A DNA stretch of 64,000 bases from Chiloscyllium plagiosum. Taxonomy: Eukaryota. Of the stretch, positions 1 through 64,000 are shown one piece after another; position 1 is the first letter of the stretch, and each line of letters begins with the position of its first letter. The stretch covers positions 72,762,088 to 72,826,087 of the forward strand of contig NC_057719.1 in NCBI RefSeq assembly GCF_004010195.1, given 5' to 3'. A model generated the notes under the pieces. The model was not told the origin of the DNA and did not search any database. It worked only from the letters and a program-made list of their open reading frames with translations. Both the position numbers and the translations under genes were made by a program.

Positions 1-59931
<59,931 letters not shown>

Positions 59932-60569
59932 CTGCAAAAGTAAAATAGTTTATAAAAATGCCCCTCAAGGATCAGTAACATTACCAAATATAGTCATTTA
60001 ATATTTTTCTGTTCTATTAATGGGAGAATTCAAGTTCCAGCTCAGCAAAAGTTGCTAATCAGCAACTAATTACTGCATTACTTTAGGTTACGTGGCTTTA
60101 AATATTTCTTACTCTGCGAGTAACATACTGATTTTTATTTGTTTAAAGTGACACATTTCCTGTACAAAGAAAGGCTTTAGCAAACATTTTCAGGTCATTG
60201 AGAATGTTAATGCATGTTAACTCTCAACCAACAGACAAGGCAAATGTCAACTGAAGCAATTTTCATTGCTGTCTTTCTAGATTACTGAACTTTTCTTGGA
60301 AAAAAAGGGAACCTATACAAATAAAAAAACATTTTTGCAGCTTGTGTTTAATGGGAACTGTCTCAATAGCAGACCTATTCTCCTTCCATGGTATGTAGAA
60401 TAAAATATCAAAGATTAGCTCCAACACAAAAGCAAAATCATGTGGATGCTGAAAATCTGATATAAAAATAAACAGTGAAAATATCCAGCAAATTAGACAG
60501 TATTTGTGCGAATAAACACACAATGTTTCAGTTCAATTACCTTTCTCCAAGTTATTATTTGCTTACATG

Positions 60570-60750
60570 GAGAAAAAGGGAGGACAGGTTTGAAATTTAT
60601 TCAAGACTGAATTAGATAGATTTTTGATCACAAGAGTCAAGGATTATACAGTACAGACAGGAAAATGCAGCTAAGACCACAACCAAACTAGCTATGATCT
60701 TATGGAATAGTTAGGCAAACTCAGGGCCAAATGGCCTACTCCTGCTATCT
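60570..60750 (+). mobile_element. Old CR1-type LINE 3' tail
   Basis: Reverse complement of the tail at 19838 and 53775. Confidence 0.6.
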
Positions 60751-60919
60751 TTCTACACTCTTGGACATGAAAAGGGTATTCACACACAGATGCATGGAAC
60801 ATGGCTGAGTAAATGAAGTGCTCTTTTATGAAGGAACAACACTTGTTGCATATGTCATGGTGAAACAGAACATAGTCAAGACACATGATGGAGTTAAAAT
60901 TAGTCATACAGCACAGAAA

Positions 60920-61850
60920 TAGAGTCAAGAGCGTGGTGCTGGAAAAGCACAGCCGGCCAGGCAGCATCAAAGGTTCAGGAGAATCGACGTTTCAGGCATA
61001 AGCCCTTCATCAGGAAGGGGGCTTGCGGACTGGGGAGCTGAGAGATAAATGGGAGTGGGGTGGGTAGCTGAGAATGCAATAAGCAGATGAAGGCGGGAGA
61101 GAAGGCGATAGCTCAGAGAGGAGGGAAGAGCGGATACATGGGAAAGACAATGGACAGATCAGGAAGGCAGTGCCGGGTTAGAGGCTGGGGACTGGAATAA
61201 GGTTGGGGGGGGGGGGGGGAGAAGAGAAATGAGGGGATACTAGTGAAATCCACATTAATCCAGTGTGGTAGCAGGGACCCAAGGTGGAAGATGAGGCGTT
61301 CTTCCTCCAGGCATGGTTAGGCTTTGGCAGCAGCAGCGGCCCAAGACTTGCATGTCCCTTGGTGGAGTGGGGGGGGGGGGGGAAGAGTTGGGCAACAGGG
61401 TGGTAGGGTTGGCCCAGAGATATTCTCTGCAATAATCCGCAAGTTAGCGTGCTGTCTCTCTAATGTAGAGGAGACGATATCGGGAGCAATGGATACAGTA
61501 GATGACATTAGTGGAAGGACAGGTACATTTCTGTCGGAAATGGAGGGATCCTTTGGGGCCCTGGACGGAGATGAGGGGGTAGATGTGGGCAAATATTCTT
61601 CACTTCTTGCAATAGCAGGGAAAGGTGCCAGGAGTGAAGTATGGGCTGCTGGAGGGGTTGCACGGATTAGACAAAGGAGTCGCAGAAAGAATGGTCTCTT
61701 TAAAATGCTGATAGGGGTGGGGAGGGAAATATATCGCTAATGGTGGGGTCTATTTGTAGGTGGCAGAAGTAGCGGAGGATGATGTGTTGTACACAAAGAT
61801 TGGTAAGGTGGAATAGGAGGACCAGGAGGGGTCTGTAACAGGTTGTAGAA
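60920..61850 (-). mobile_element. Penelope-like element 3' part with GIY-YIG remnant
   Basis: Minus frame reads QGPKGSLHFRQKCTCPSTNVIYCIHCSRYRLLYIRETAR* and later RLEEERLIFHLGSLLPHWINVDF; hammerhead-bearing terminus. Confidence 0.85.
60983..61016 (-). ncRNA. Minimal type I hammerhead ribozyme motif, core intact, sense to HECTD1
   Basis: UUC-CUGAUGA-A-GGGC-UUAU-GCCU-GAAA-CGUC/GA; palindromic ACGU stem III; predicted cut between 60986 and 60985. Confidence 0.7.
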
Positions 61851-62059
61851 ATCTGTTTTTTTTTAAAATTGTTATGCTCTCTCTTCACAATGAAGAGGTA
61901 TCCAACCTGCCGTGACGCGAAAGACATGAAATAGTCTAAAACATTTCATTATTTTCAGTCTGAATCTGTGCCAAGTGTAATCATTAATTTGACTAAAAGA
62001 TCGGGGGGCTTGGGGGATGAGAGGGAGAAGGTCCAGATATCCCAGCGCATGAATCATAA

Positions 62060-62690
62060 AACATGAGTTTGCAGGTACAGCAAATCATAAAGCTCCTGTT
62101 ACAGTAAAAGGTAAGGCTGGTACGATTAAAGAGCAATGGATAAACCAAAAGATATTGAAGTTCTAGTCAAGAATAAAAAAATGTACATTGGATATAGACA
62201 ACTGGGTTCAAATGAACCTCCTGAACAGTACAAAACATGTAGGGGCATTTTTAAGGGGGAGATCAGTATGGCGAAGACAGGATAATAAGATAACCTTATT
62301 TGCCAAGGTTAAAGGACAATCAAAAGAGATTCTACAAGTACATTAAGAGCAAGGCAGCAACTAGAAAGAGAGTGTAGGGCCCCTTATAGATCAAAGAGGT
62401 CAAAAAATGTGTTGAAGCTCAGGGGATGGGAAAGATATTAAATGGATATTTCATGTCAAATTTTACCGTGGAGAAAGAAATGGAGGCCAAATACTGATAT
62501 TGTGAAAAAAGTTCACATTACAGAAGAGGAAGAGCTGGAAATCTTAGAAAACGTAAATATGGATAAATCTGCAGGACCTGATCGAGTGTATCCCAGGATG
62601 TTGTACTAAGTTAGGGAGGAAATTGCAAGGCCGCTTGCAGAAGTATTTAGTTAATTTATAACTACAGATGAGACGCCGCATGACTGAAGA
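62060..62690 (+). mobile_element. CR1-type LINE ORF2 internal fragment
   Basis: Similar to 25600-26200 (DKSAGPDRVYPRML-type segment). Confidence 0.75.
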
Positions 62691-62699
62691 TGGAGGACA

Positions 62700-64000
62700 G
62701 GAAAAATTTCTGGCTGTAACAGCTGCTCCTTTTAGGTGCTTGTAGATATTTTAGATGCTGGAGGTGATTTCCTTGAATTCCAGGAGCAGCAATTACTGCT
62801 TTAATATGCTGTTGCATTGTTTTGGAACTTTGGAAACAAAAGTCAAAACAACAGCAGTTTTAAAAGGGAGAAGAACAGACAAAGGAAGTACATGGTGAGG
62901 ACAGTGCAAGAGAGAGAAAGAGAAAGAAACTGACACAGCAGTGAACCTGCACAGTTACTGCCTTAGCTGTTTGAATTCATGTATCGCTGGACATAGGAGT
63001 GCATCTGGGAAAATTAACAAACAGTGAATTTCACAACTGATCATGGAGGAACCTGTTGGGCGAAGTTCACAGCACAGAATCAGATAAGTGAATTGTTGGT
63101 TAAGTGCGACCTACAGAAAGTCTGCAGTAGTGAATAGAGTCTTGATTAAACTTAAAATATAAGCCATAACTATTAATTTAACATGGGGCAGTGTTTGTAG
63201 AGGAATAAGACACTTATTTTCTGGGTCTGTAGATTGCGAAGGAGCAAAAATGGCCTTTAGTAGAGTGAAATATGCTTCTTGTCAGATGCGAGAGTTTAAA
63301 CAGAGTTTAAGGGTTACTGCGGATTATATCTGCCATAAGTGGTTGTGAATCTCATCAGATCAAATGGATCGGTTGGAGAGACAGTTAGAAACAATGAGGA
63401 AATTGCAACAGCAACAGTATGTGAGCAGAATGTTCTCAAGGGGGAGAAGGGCCAGCAAGAGGCCATTGCATATATTGGAACCAATGACATAGGAAGGGAA
63501 AAGGTTGAGATCTGAAAGGAGATTACAGAGTTAGGCAGCAATTTAAAAAGGAGGTCCTCGAGAGTAGTAATATCTGGATTACTCCCGGTGCTACGGGCTA
63601 GTGAGGGCAGGATTAAGAGGATAGAGCAGATGAATGCATGGCTGAGTTGGTGTACGGGAGAAGGATTCACATTTTTGGATAATTGGAATCTCTTTTGGAG
63701 TAAAATGTGACCTGTACAAGGAGGACACATTGCACCTAAATTGGAAGAGGCCGAATATACTGGCAGGGAAATTTGCTGGAGCTGCTCGGGTGGATTTATA
63801 CTAGTAAGGTTGGGGGGCGGGGAAGACCCAGGGAGAGGGTGAGAAACAAGGTCATTCTGAGGCTGGTACAGTTGAGAACAGAAGCGAGTCAAAGAGTCAG
63901 CGCAGGCAGGGACAAGGATGCACTAGTAAATTAAACTGCATTTATTTCAATGCAAGGGTCTTCACAGGGAAGGCAGATAAACTCAGGGCATGGTTAGGAA
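62700..64000 (+). mobile_element. CR1-type LINE 5' part (5' UTR, decayed ORF1 with esterase-like domain, start of ORF2)
   Basis: MAFSRVKYASCQM...YICHK, HIGTNDIGR-like motif (ATATTGGAACCAATGACATAGGAAGG), ORF2 start LNCIYFNAR at the window edge. Confidence 0.75.

Noticed and set aside
63314..63892. 192-aa minus-strand ORF
   Set aside because: Antisense to the decayed CR1 ORF1; not an HECTD1 exon (no MADVDPD-like N-terminal peptide)

Overview
Eukaryotic genomic DNA, inferred to be from an elasmobranch (shark) because of its HE1/V-SINE, CR1 and Penelope repeats. The whole window lies inside one minus-strand gene, the E3 ubiquitin ligase HECTD1. I traced 37 GT-AG coding exons with consistent splice phases (about 7,150 nt, about 2,380 codons), covering the N-terminal helical/ankyrin region, SUN-like, MIB/HERC2, Ser-rich and HECT regions. 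The first coding exon(s) lie beyond position 64000 and the last exons lie before position 1. Introns hold decayed CR1-type LINEs, tRNA-derived SINEs, TA-flanked Tc1/mariner (Tigger-like) MITEs and many Penelope-like element (PLE) ends. Main signals not explained by the gene model: (1) at least three sequence families of minimal type I hammerhead ribozyme motifs carried by PLE termini, three copies with an intact catalytic core and two of those sense to the pre-mRNA; (2) recurrent palindromic PLE insertions, including a perfect 60-bp stem with a 14-bp target-site duplication and a ~2 kb head-to-head GIY-YIG remnant; (3) two non-repeat intronic ~100-nt AG-free polypyrimidine tracts leading into candidate poison (micro)exons; (4) an in-frame internal acceptor in the large exon and an apparently absent mammalian exon. 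Protein comparisons come from recall, not alignment, and repeat boundaries are approximate.
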